Positions 39,451 to 48,180 of a stretch of 64,000 bases of DNA are shown here, piece by piece. The first letter of the stretch is position 1, and the number at the start of each line of letters is the position of its first letter. The DNA is from an uncultured virus (IMG/VR IMGVR_UViG_3300043410_001952) (lineage: Duplodnaviria; Heunggongvirae; Uroviricota; Caudoviricetes): IMG/VR virus record IMGVR_UViG_3300043410_001952; one strand, 5' to 3'. The position numbers and the translations under genes are program-made. The notes beneath the pieces were generated by a model. The model had not been told where the DNA came from. It saw nothing but the letters and a program-made list of their open reading frames with translations, and did not search any database.

Positions 39451-39676
39451 CCTTGAGTTCTTTGTTCAACTCACGTGTTTTTTCATCAATTTTTAATATA
39501 GCACTTTGGGATTCAATCTCCTTAATGTCAATCTCGTTTCTTTCAAACTCATTCTTGTTTTGTAAGTCTGAACGTAACAACTTAACACGCAACTCGTAGC
39601 AATCTTTAATCTTTTGCAAGTTAAATATTTGCTTCATCTTGTACTCCAAAACTGGGTTTAACTCAACTTCAATCAT
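39413..39676 (-). CDS. coiled-coil hypothetical protein
   Basis: operon overlap. Confidence 0.6.
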   Translation of the reverse strand: MIEVELNPVLEYKMKQIFNLQKIKDCYELRVKLLRSDLQNKNEFERNEIDIKEIESQSAILKIDEKTRELNKELKDAWTIYEFAQTN

Positions 39677-39894
39677 CTTCTTCGAATAAAATGCGCTATT
39701 GAATAAGGGATGGATAATGGAAGTATTGCAAAAAGCATAATTAAAGAAAGTAATTGTAAAATAAATCTTTTATTGTTAAAGTAACTTTCAATATCTGACA
39801 TTACAATATAAGCATCCTTTCGTAAGGTAATTAAGCCTATTGCTAATACACACAAGGCAATCCAAATCCATAAAATTGTTAATATCGTGTTCAT
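39673..39894 (-). CDS. small two-TM membrane protein
   Basis: two hydrophobic helices; adjacent to ATPase. Confidence 0.7.
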   Translation of the reverse strand: MNTILTILWIWIALCVLAIGLITLRKDAYIVMSDIESYFNNKRFILQLLSLIMLFAILPLSIPYSIAHFIRRR

Positions 39895-39897
39895 ACC

Positions 39898-40749
39898 CTA
39901 TTTATTAGCGTTACCATAATATTGGTCGTAGTATTGTTTACACAACCTTGTAATTGCCTCATCTTTGCTCACACTGTTTATCTCAACAAACTCTTTGATT
40001 TCACGCTTGTTCAAAAGCAAATACTTTTTACAAGCATCAATAAACTCTGTTTTGGTAAACTTACCTTCAATCTTATTTTCAAAACAGTGTATGTACACAA
40101 AGAATCGTTTATCACCATTATGATAACGGGTTTTAACAATAATCTCTGCAATCTTGTACAACGCCAAGTTGGCTATTTTACCTTTAATATCATTTACGTT
40201 ATCTTGTTGATAGTGTAACCTCATCCAACGTGAATTGGAATACATACGTGGCTCTACTGCCCTCAATGATTGATACGATATAAGCATATCAACTCCTCTA
40301 TGTCGTAAGTTTACCAAACCACCCACAATCTCCTCCATGTGTGTTACATTTAGGATGTAGGTGTTAATATCTTCAACAACAAGCAAACCATTTTTGTAAA
40401 AACGAATAACGTACTCCAATACCTTCTTTTTTTCAGGAATTGAAAGGTTTTTTGCATCTATTCTTCTACATTCAACGATGTCGCTTACACTCCATGCAGG
40501 AATATCTCTCAATGCGATTACACGTGGGTTAAAATTCTCAATATCGTTACGTGCGAATTGCTCTGGTGTAAACTCTCCATTGGTGTCTACAATTAAGCAC
40601 TTTCTTCCACGCACTTTGTTGTAGAACTTATCTGCAACGTATGATTTAATGATGTACATATTTTGGTATGTTTTACCCACACCTTGCACACCAGTTGTAA
40701 CCATCATACCAGCTGCTCTTTGTTTGACTTCTACTTTTTGTTTTGCCAT
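39898..40749 (-). CDS. FtsK/HerA-superfamily (A32/P9-like) genome-packaging ATPase
   Basis: Walker A GVQGVGKT, Walker B LLVVED, Arg finger LRHRG, hhhhQ (LISYQ); single domain, no nuclease, no TM. Confidence 0.75.
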   Translation of the reverse strand: MAKQKVEVKQRAAGMMVTTGVQGVGKTYQNMYIIKSYVADKFYNKVRGRKCLIVDTNGEFTPEQFARNDIENFNPRVIALRDIPAWSVSDIVECRRIDAKNLSIPEKKKVLEYVIRFYKNGLLVVEDINTYILNVTHMEEIVGGLVNLRHRGVDMLISYQSLRAVEPRMYSNSRWMRLHYQQDNVNDIKGKIANLALYKIAEIIVKTRYHNGDKRFFVYIHCFENKIEGKFTKTEFIDACKKYLLLNKREIKEFVEINSVSKDEAITRLCKQYYDQYYGNANK

Positions 40750-40768
40750 TTTTTAGTCTTTCTATTTA

Positions 40769-41251
40769 TTATACCTTAATAACTTCAACAGGAAAAACAT
40801 CTAATACAATTTTAGTATTTGGTTGAATTGTACCAGATAAATGCGTATTCTTATCTATTGTAAAACTAATTTTAACATCTATAACACTATCTTGTAATTG
40901 GTTTTGGTTATAATGCTCTTTTAATTTTTCACACCTTTGTACAGTTGCGTTAAATTTAACGTGTCTAATTATTAAGTTTGATTCAAAATTTTGTTTATTA
41001 TCAGTATAAAATCTAAGTAAATTTACTTTTATGCTATTGCTTATAAAGTCGGTCAAAATAGCATGATAAGGCATTATATTTTTACTTGTTACATTAACAC
41101 CTAACTTATTGCCAAAGTTATCGCTGTGTAAGTGTAGATTTGAACCGAAAAGAAACCAATCTTGTACTTCATCAGTAGTATTTTCAATTGTTAAAACGTA
41201 AGGATGACTACCATTTTTTTGATTTTTTAGCACCGTTTGTTTAAAACTCAT
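40769..41251 (-). CDS. capsid-protein paralog (core domain only)
   Basis: PYVL..NTT..LFG.N...RF...HV..N...Q.Q...DV...T.D.NT.L...NT...FPVEV shared with 35702..36475. Confidence 0.65.
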   Translation of the reverse strand: MSFKQTVLKNQKNGSHPYVLTIENTTDEVQDWFLFGSNLHLHSDNFGNKLGVNVTSKNIMPYHAILTDFISNSIKVNLLRFYTDNKQNFESNLIIRHVKFNATVQRCEKLKEHYNQNQLQDSVIDVKISFTIDKNTHLSGTIQPNTKIVLDVFPVEVIKV

Positions 41252-41257
41252 AATTTT

Positions 41258-42460
41258 CTACTCTTTAGTTTCAATAACTTGTTCAATTTCTAATACTTCT
41301 TCTTGTGGCACTTGAACTTCAGCTTCTTCGATTTGTTGCTCTACTACTGGTTGCGCCTCAGGTATCACTTCTTCATACGCTTGGGGTTGTGGTTGATATT
41401 CTGGTTGTGGTTGATAAGTATTACCTTGTGGATTGCCCTCATTTCTAATACGCAACTGGTCAAGTAAGCTATTCGTTTGTGATTTCAAAGCAAATAACAT
41501 AGCCCCTTTCTTAACCAAAACACCACCAACAACAATCATTAACTCTTGTGTAGCAGTTGGGGCAATACCTTTTTCCATGAACACTTCAGTAAGAGCCTCA
41601 GTCATATCAGCCTTTTCCTCATCTTCAAATTTTGCTAATTGTTCAGCTGCAAAGCATTGTCCTTGAAAGAATTGTTTAATCGTTGCCTCTTGACCATCAG
41701 CCAAAGTAACCAACAAACTCAAGTCCATCTCGCCATTCATCTCGTACTCTGTCAACTTAGATTCGTTAATATCCTTGTTGGCATACCATACGAATCCTTT
41801 TTCAGCTAAAGCACAAACTGCCTCAACGATGTATTTAGCAAACTTTTTGGTGGATTTCTTTTTCTTCGATGCACTCATGTCATCAAAAGATGGATTTAAA
41901 GGCTCTGCCTTCTCACGTTTTTGGCGTGGTGGAGGGGTGTTTGTTTTACCTTGATTTGTTTTACCACCTGATGTTGGTTGTTCTGATTCATTATCATTAT
42001 TATCATTTGGGATAACAAACGCTTCATCAAATGACATTGGTTCTGCAAAATCTGTTCTGCCATCAGCATTTACGTTGTCTTTACTCAAACCACTTTCCAA
42101 AGTGTAATTATACGTTGTTGGCTCTTCTCTATTGAATGGGTCAATGAACGTGTTGTCATCATCATCATCAAATCCAATTGATTCGTTTGGTTTACTATTC
42201 ATTTCTTTTAAGAAGTCATCTTCTTCTTCAACCTCAATGTTTTTTTTAGCCATATCGTTATTTTTTATTTCCTCAAATGTGGTTTCTTGTGATGTGTATT
42301 GCCTGTGTAACGCTTGTAACTCTTCAAATGTTGTTGCAGGGCTAAATCGTATATCAGGGTTTTCTTGAATTTTTTTGTCAATAATTGGTTGCAATTCCTT
42401 TAAGATGCGTTGCTCTTTATAGTTTCGCTTCCCATTTTTCATGTAAATTTTAACACTCAT
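41258..42460 (-). CDS. acidic protein with hydrophobic helix (possible packaging/assembly accessory)
   Basis: very acidic, P/Q-rich tail, ELMIVVGGVLV segment; upstream of ATPase. Confidence 0.6.
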   Translation of the reverse strand: MSVKIYMKNGKRNYKEQRILKELQPIIDKKIQENPDIRFSPATTFEELQALHRQYTSQETTFEEIKNNDMAKKNIEVEEEDDFLKEMNSKPNESIGFDDDDDNTFIDPFNREEPTTYNYTLESGLSKDNVNADGRTDFAEPMSFDEAFVIPNDNNDNESEQPTSGGKTNQGKTNTPPPRQKREKAEPLNPSFDDMSASKKKKSTKKFAKYIVEAVCALAEKGFVWYANKDINESKLTEYEMNGEMDLSLLVTLADGQEATIKQFFQGQCFAAEQLAKFEDEEKADMTEALTEVFMEKGIAPTATQELMIVVGGVLVKKGAMLFALKSQTNSLLDQLRIRNEGNPQGNTYQPQPEYQPQPQAYEEVIPEAQPVVEQQIEEAEVQVPQEEVLEIEQVIETKE

Positions 42461-42463
42461 CCT

Positions 42464-42898
42464 CTATTTTTTTTTGAATTTATCTACACATTGTTTTTTA
42501 AGTAATTCATACTTTTCAACAAACTCTTTGTCAGGTTTTAACTCCATGTTGGCGTTTTTAAAGCGCATGATTCCACGATGTACGTTTGTGTGAACGCTAT
42601 ATCCAAAAACCCTCTCTGCAATGTAACGAGTAGAAAGCCCCAATTGGAAATTCATAATACAATAACATATTTGTTTCGCATCATGAAGTTCACCATGTAC
42701 ATTTTTTTGTTTTAAAGTGGCTACTGTGGTATCAAAATGCTCTGAAACAACATTTAAAATCGTGTTGATTTCAAGTGTTTTATCGTCATTTTTGTTAAAA
42801 TAAGACACTATTCCATCCTTTAACTCCTTGATACTGTATTTTTTAAGCCCACTTTGTATATTTTTAAGCAATTGCTCTAACTCTGCACTTTCACCCAT
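42464..42898 (-). CDS. DnaA C-terminal (domain IV)-like HTH protein
   Basis: ILNVVSEHF...AKQICY...LS...IA...F...HTNV..GI. Confidence 0.7.
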   Translation of the reverse strand: MGESAELEQLLKNIQSGLKKYSIKELKDGIVSYFNKNDDKTLEINTILNVVSEHFDTTVATLKQKNVHGELHDAKQICYCIMNFQLGLSTRYIAERVFGYSVHTNVHRGIMRFKNANMELKPDKEFVEKYELLKKQCVDKFKKK

Positions 42899-42921
42899 AA
42901 GTTGTTATGTACCCTTGTGTA

Positions 42922-43001
42922 CAAAAATAAACAAAATACCTTATAAATAACGCCAAGTCAATAATATAAAGCATTTTTTTATGTAGCAATTGTTATTTTT
43001 G
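42922..43001. promoter_or_regulatory. divergent Bacteroidota promoter pair
   Basis: TATTTTTG on minus (42922-42929) and plus (42994-43001). Confidence 0.55.
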
Positions 43002-43014
43002 CTTAAATAAGAGG

Positions 43015-43305
43015 ATGGAACAACGTGATATAATCAAAAACGAAAAGCAAGTTTATTACAACCAAGTAAGGGGTGTGATAGAGGAAATGAATGATGGGGA
43101 TGCCTTTTGTAATATCGTTGTTGTGGTGGGTCACGAAAATAAACGCCATATCAGTTTTTTCACCAAAAAGGAATATTACGATAACTTCATGAAAGATTTT
43201 GTTATTGGTGATAAGGTGGCAATTAAGTTCTACCTAACAAGCAGAAAAAAACATGACAGGTGGTACACCACTGCAAGTATCTTAGAAATGCAAAAAGATA
43301 TTTAG
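43015..43305 (+). CDS. OB-fold ssDNA-binding-like protein (DUF3127-like)
   Basis: GDKVAIKFYLTSR...RWYTT pattern. Confidence 0.55.
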   Translation: MEQRDIIKNEKQVYYNQVRGVIEEMNDGDAFCNIVVVVGHENKRHISFFTKKEYYDNFMKDFVIGDKVAIKFYLTSRKKHDRWYTTASILEMQKDI

Positions 43306-43616
43306 TCTAAGAAATTATCGTCAACTAACCTATTTTCCTCCCATTCAACCCAATCAATGTAGCCAACCATTTCGTGTTGAATTTCGAATAGTTCAAAGTC
43401 ATCAAGTAAATAAGGAACGCCCTTTGAATTTTTATCAAACTGCATTGCTTCAATACTATTGATTGTTACTTTGTATTCTTCACGTTTTTGATTGTGATAA
43501 AGCGTTAAATCTAAGTTGGTGATAAAAAGAGTTTTCAGATATTTACCATTACCATCGAAATACATTATTTCGCATTCCTTTTCATAACCAGTAAAGTTAA
43601 ATATCTGAATCTCCAT
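43302..43616 (-). CDS. hypothetical protein
   Basis: operon with HTH gene. Confidence 0.6.
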   Translation of the reverse strand: MEIQIFNFTGYEKECEIMYFDGNGKYLKTLFITNLDLTLYHNQKREEYKVTINSIEAMQFDKNSKGVPYLLDDFELFEIQHEMVGYIDWVEWEENRLVDDNFLD

Positions 43617-43626
43617 GAAATTTGCT

Positions 43627-43860
43627 TTATGATTTTAGAGTATCTCTACCTCCAAAATGATAAACACCATAACGTACTTTGTCTTCAAATACCATTTGAG
43701 TAGTTATTGACCAACCTTGTTCTTTAAGCAAGAAAATAATAGCACTTAAACGTGTGGCATGATAAAGATTGATAGCTTCCAAAGAAGTTATTGTTCCATG
43801 CGTTTGCAAGTGGTTTAAAACTTGCTTTGTTTTTGATTCAAAAGATTTTGTTTTTTCCAT
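43627..43860 (-). CDS. winged HTH protein
   Basis: VLNHLQTHGTITSLEA...TRLSAIIF.LK..GW.I; TATATTTG promoter at 43883-43890. Confidence 0.8.
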   Translation of the reverse strand: MEKTKSFESKTKQVLNHLQTHGTITSLEAINLYHATRLSAIIFLLKEQGWSITTQMVFEDKVRYGVYHFGGRDTLKS

Positions 43861-43938
43861 GTTTATTTATTTTAGCATTGTACAAATATACAATTTGTAA
43901 CCACAAAACAAGTTAATAAATAGAAAAGTTATCAACAT

Positions 43939-44145
43939 TTACACGTTGACATCTTCCCCATTCTTCATTTTCTTCAGTTGCAATAGCTTGATTTGCTTAT
44001 CCAACGCAAACAACTCACGTTGTACTGCATTATGTTTTCTTTGATTCAAAAAAGCAAACAAAGCAACAAGCCCACCTACTGCTGTCAAAGCACCAATGAG
44101 AACACGAATTTTCTTCTCTTGTAATATGTCAATGCTTGAAGCCAT
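43939..44145 (-). CDS. small membrane protein
   Basis: TM + coiled coil. Confidence 0.65.
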   Translation of the reverse strand: MASSIDILQEKKIRVLIGALTAVGGLVALFAFLNQRKHNAVQRELFALDKQIKLLQLKKMKNGEDVNV

Positions 44146-44147
44146 TG

Positions 44148-44327
44148 TTAATCTTGTTCTGTTTGTTTTATAACTGCTTTATTTCGGTTCTCAATATACT
44201 TGTAACCCAAGTAAACTGCGCCAACTAAGAGTAAGCCCCATAGCCATGCACTTCCACCTTTAGAACCACCTTTTGCGCTTCCACCACCAGAAGCACTACC
44301 AATCGCTGTGTTAAATTGTTTAATCAT
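44148..44327 (-). CDS. 59-aa Gly-rich membrane protein (not in ORF track)
   Basis: MIKQFNTAIGSASGGGSAKGGSKGGSAWLWGLLLVGAVYLGYKY... Confidence 0.6.
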   Translation of the reverse strand: MIKQFNTAIGSASGGGSAKGGSKGGSAWLWGLLLVGAVYLGYKYIENRNKAVIKQTEQD

Positions 44328-44330
44328 TTT

Positions 44331-44888
44331 TTATATTTTTTTCAATGTGAATACTTTTGTGTTCCCTTGTTCAATTAGCGAAAAATGTGATGTTTCAACA
44401 CCGTTTTCAACACCATCGTCGTAATTATCCCAAATCGTTTTATACGTTGTAGGTGCTTTAGAATTTAACCTTTCAACAGTAATCGTTTTTACACCTTCAC
44501 CATGCAATTGCAATAACTCTTCATCAATTTTAACTCCAATTGGGTCTACATTGTTTGAATTGTCATCATTTTCGTTTGGTTTGGATGAATCATTGCCTTT
44601 GTTTTTATTTGCATCATCGTCACCTAATACATCATCTGCCTCAAAAGGTATATCATCATCATTATTGTCGGTATCATGCAGGTAATCGTAAATTTCGTAA
44701 ACTACCCACTTGTCCATTGCTGCAAGTTTTTTTAATGATTTAGGAGTTGGTGATTTGCCATTTTTCTCATTCATTCTAAAAGCCTTCAACACTTCATTGA
44801 TTGATTCAATTCCTGTTTGTGCATCCTCTGGAAGGTCGGCATAAGTAAGCCCATTCTCTTCCATTACTTTTTTGTATTTTAAATCCAT
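44331..44888 (-). CDS. acidic hypothetical protein
   Basis: own promoter TATATTTG at 44917-44924. Confidence 0.7.
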   Translation of the reverse strand: MDLKYKKVMEENGLTYADLPEDAQTGIESINEVLKAFRMNEKNGKSPTPKSLKKLAAMDKWVVYEIYDYLHDTDNNDDDIPFEADDVLGDDDANKNKGNDSSKPNENDDNSNNVDPIGVKIDEELLQLHGEGVKTITVERLNSKAPTTYKTIWDNYDDGVENGVETSHFSLIEQGNTKVFTLKKI

Positions 44889-44949
44889 TTTTTTTATGTT
44901 TTTTGCTTATTTATTACAAATATAACAATTTAAGGAGTGATGAAACCCC

Positions 44950-46041
44950 TTATTTGATTGCGTTAAATACATTGCTAACTTTTGTGTAACCTTCTGATTT
45001 AAGTTTTTTAACTTCTTGTTCAAGTTTTATTTTGTTTGAAAAAGTCTTAATTCCAATAAAAGGGCTTCCATCATTGTGTTTTGATTTCCCATCATAATAA
45101 TCAATCACATATTTTGCTTTACCAATTGAATGAGGGTTTATTGAAAACATCTTTTCACCAACTCCTCCACCTTTAGCCATCTTATGTTTCCAACCCATTG
45201 AACCGCCTTTTGCCATTTTAATTTGATTTGAAGTTACTTGGTGAATCCTGTTAGTTTTAGGGTTTTTAACACCATAAATTCCATCTGTTATGTAAATTAC
45301 TTCGCCATTTTCAACTTTTTCAAATTGAACATCTCCATTTTTCATTTTGATTTCTGGTAAAGTAACAGTATCACCAACTTTAATTGAACCACCTTGAGCC
45401 ATTTTAAAGCCACTATAAACTTTTAATGTTGACTTTTGTTTTGCAGAGCCAAAAGATTTGATGTAATCAACTACTTCTTTTTCAATTTTATTCAAATTAC
45501 TTTCAGAAATTTCAGAAACTTTATTTGATTTTAAAGAATATGTGTTTCTAAATTGTGGGTTGTTGATTTGAATTGAAAACGCTTTTTGATTTGGGAAACC
45601 AACCTTTACAACAGTATTTCCATTTGTATCACGACCAAAACCATAGAAATATAAGTTCGAATTATCAAAACTCAATTCTTTAATTGAACCACCACGAGCC
45701 ATTTTTACACTTCGTGCCTCTGCCAAACCAATTGCAAGTGCTTGTTTGCGTGATTTTACAACAGGACCATGTTTAGAACCACTGTGTAATTCACCCATTT
45801 TGAACTCATGCAACACTTTTTCCAATTTTGCTTGTTGTCTTGCAGTTAGTTTTTTGCTTTTTGGAACGTAACCGCCTTTACGCATTTTGATTATCTCATC
45901 ATTTGACACCAAAGCCATTCCGCTATCAGTCGAAACTTCGAAATCCCCATTATCTAAAATTGATACAACACGCCCTGAACGTGCATCACCTTTCCAATCT
46001 TCAAATTTGATTGTTCTACCAACCATATTACCTATTGCCAT
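44950..46041 (-). CDS. multidomain protein with DUF6496-like domain and five MxxGG linkers
   Basis: KVLHEFKMGELHSGSK.GPVVKSRKQALAIGL.EAR. Confidence 0.7.
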   Translation of the reverse strand: MAIGNMVGRTIKFEDWKGDARSGRVVSILDNGDFEVSTDSGMALVSNDEIIKMRKGGYVPKSKKLTARQQAKLEKVLHEFKMGELHSGSKHGPVVKSRKQALAIGLAEARSVKMARGGSIKELSFDNSNLYFYGFGRDTNGNTVVKVGFPNQKAFSIQINNPQFRNTYSLKSNKVSEISESNLNKIEKEVVDYIKSFGSAKQKSTLKVYSGFKMAQGGSIKVGDTVTLPEIKMKNGDVQFEKVENGEVIYITDGIYGVKNPKTNRIHQVTSNQIKMAKGGSMGWKHKMAKGGGVGEKMFSINPHSIGKAKYVIDYYDGKSKHNDGSPFIGIKTFSNKIKLEQEVKKLKSEGYTKVSNVFNAIK

Positions 46042-46067
46042 AATTCCTAATTATTTTACTAAGTTAA

Positions 46068-48170
46068 TTATTTTGTTTTACCTCCTTTACCAAACTCAAA
46101 TGTTTCATCTTCGAATTGAGTTCGTGCAACTTTCGGTTGTTTTTTAGGTGTTCGTTTTGCTTTAATGCCAAGTACCGAGTTTTCAACGTATATGCCATCA
46201 AAAATATCGCTACCTTTCACAGTGTGTTGTTTGCCATCAATCGTAAACGTAATGCTTTCAATGTTTCTATGAGGAATGTATTTTGATGCTTCCGAAATGT
46301 GTTTGCCTTTCAATCTGTCATCTTTAACAACAACTGCTGATTTTTCATCCTCTTTGGTTTCAACTTCTTCTTCATGGGCTTCAATTTCTTCTTCTTGTTT
46401 AGCATCCAATCCTAAATCGTATTTTGCCAACCATTCACGAACTTCTTGTTTTTGCGATTCGCTTTCGCCACTCTCATCTGACAACAAGTAATCCAACCAC
46501 TCTTTAACATGAACACCAAATACGTTTCCAATGTAAGGTTCTACATTTGGATTATCTACTTTTGAAGCAACATCTAAACGCCCAGTATATTGTTCATCAT
46601 CTTCAAACGTAATTACGAAACCTACCTTGTTGTAAGCCTCATGTTTTGAAGCATCTTTTGAAATAGGTTTTACTGCTTCGTTGGCACTTTTCCATGACGT
46701 GTATTTTTTAGGAAATTTGTCGTACTTTTTTGTATCACCCTCCGCCCAAAGTATTTCAACGTCTTTCAATTTTACTTTTGTTTTGGGTTTGCTTTCAGGA
46801 GTTTTAAAAGCTTCGTTGCTTTTAGCAAAATCAATGATTTGTTTTTCAAATTCTTTATTGCCCATTAGTGAATTGACAAATTCCATAGGTTTAATCTTGC
46901 CCATTCCAAGTCCTTGAAGCAAGTTTAAAGTTTCATTATCGTTCAAACCATTGTCTTTGATAAATTCAGTAACCGCACGTTGGTCTGTTACAGTTCTTGA
47001 AGCTATTTCTTTTACGTATAACTCTTGATTTTTAGATAACGTTTCAATTCGATTTGGGTCATCTTTCGTTGCTTCTTCTAAGGCATTTGCAATTTTATGA
47101 TAACCTTTCATTCGTAGAACAAAATCTAAACATTCTTTTATTGCATGCATATCCAAACCACAAAAGTTGGCAATTTCAACACCAACTTCTCTTGTTTTTT
47201 TATCACCTTTAAACAATGGTGATTTATACCAATCTTCTTTAGTTTTAATGCTTTTATCAACTAATTTAGCAAACTCATAATTAGCTGAATGATAATTAGC
47301 ATCTTCCAATGTGAAACTAACCAAGTTTACAAAATCAATTATATTGTTTTTTTCAACTAAAGCAAGTGCTTTTTTGTTTAACTCACGTTGCTCTGCCGAA
47401 ATACCAGTTGATGTTTCACTTTTCAATCTTTCAATTTCCAAACGTGCTTTTTCTTTCGCTGATTCTGGCACTAAGTTAGATGACAACACCTTTTCAAGTT
47501 TTGCAATTTTTTCCTGATTTTCCGATGAAATAATACCACCATCAGCCATTTGTGTATTTGGAGCTTTCATTTCAAATTCGTATTCTTCAATTTGTTGCAT
47601 ACTCAACCATTCTGGTTTTTCTGGAACTCTATTCCACAATTTTTTCATTTCTTCGATGTGGTCATCAACATTACCTGCCCATAAAACTTTTGGATTCCTA
47701 TTTCCATATCCTAAATAATAATCACAATCTTGTTGAAGTCTACTTAGCATCATATAATCAAATTGATTATCAACACTACCACCATCAGCGTACATTGAAC
47801 CACCATGTTCCATTTTACGTTCACCATCCAAGTAATGTGTAATATCACTTAAATCAGTTGTTGCACGTTCCATTTTTGCAACTACCCAAGGTTCAACACG
47901 TTTTGTCTTTTTAACAACCTCGCTTAACTCTTTTGCATGATGAGTAACTTCATAGCTTTGATTCATCAACATTTCTTTGTTTTCAACAGAACCACCATGC
48001 TCCATTGTATCGTTGTCATCTATCATAACACTTTCCATTTTGTAATTAACTTTTTCCGAGAAACCTAAACTTGGGTAATCAACCGTTACAAATTCATCAT
48101 CGTAATCAATTATCTCACCTTGCGTATTTCTAAATGGTACATATACCGTTTTTCCAATTAAATTTTCCAT
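46068..48170 (-). CDS. large polyvalent protein (LPD11- and LPD25-like domains)
   Basis: YMMLSRLQQDCDYYLG.G.R..K.LWA...KPEWL (LPD11-like); LWAEG...YNKVGF...YTGRLD (LPD25-like). Confidence 0.7.
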   Translation of the reverse strand: MENLIGKTVYVPFRNTQGEIIDYDDEFVTVDYPSLGFSEKVNYKMESVMIDDNDTMEHGGSVENKEMLMNQSYEVTHHAKELSEVVKKTKRVEPWVVAKMERATTDLSDITHYLDGERKMEHGGSMYADGGSVDNQFDYMMLSRLQQDCDYYLGYGNRNPKVLWAGNVDDHIEEMKKLWNRVPEKPEWLSMQQIEEYEFEMKAPNTQMADGGIISSENQEKIAKLEKVLSSNLVPESAKEKARLEIERLKSETSTGISAEQRELNKKALALVEKNNIIDFVNLVSFTLEDANYHSANYEFAKLVDKSIKTKEDWYKSPLFKGDKKTREVGVEIANFCGLDMHAIKECLDFVLRMKGYHKIANALEEATKDDPNRIETLSKNQELYVKEIASRTVTDQRAVTEFIKDNGLNDNETLNLLQGLGMGKIKPMEFVNSLMGNKEFEKQIIDFAKSNEAFKTPESKPKTKVKLKDVEILWAEGDTKKYDKFPKKYTSWKSANEAVKPISKDASKHEAYNKVGFVITFEDDEQYTGRLDVASKVDNPNVEPYIGNVFGVHVKEWLDYLLSDESGESESQKQEVREWLAKYDLGLDAKQEEEIEAHEEEVETKEDEKSAVVVKDDRLKGKHISEASKYIPHRNIESITFTIDGKQHTVKGSDIFDGIYVENSVLGIKAKRTPKKQPKVARTQFEDETFEFGKGGKTK

Positions 48171-48180
48171 TTTATTACTA

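Noticed and set aside
39898..40749. Terminase large subunit
   Set aside because: Only 283 aa, no nuclease domain, and carries the FtsK/HerA RH and Q motifs
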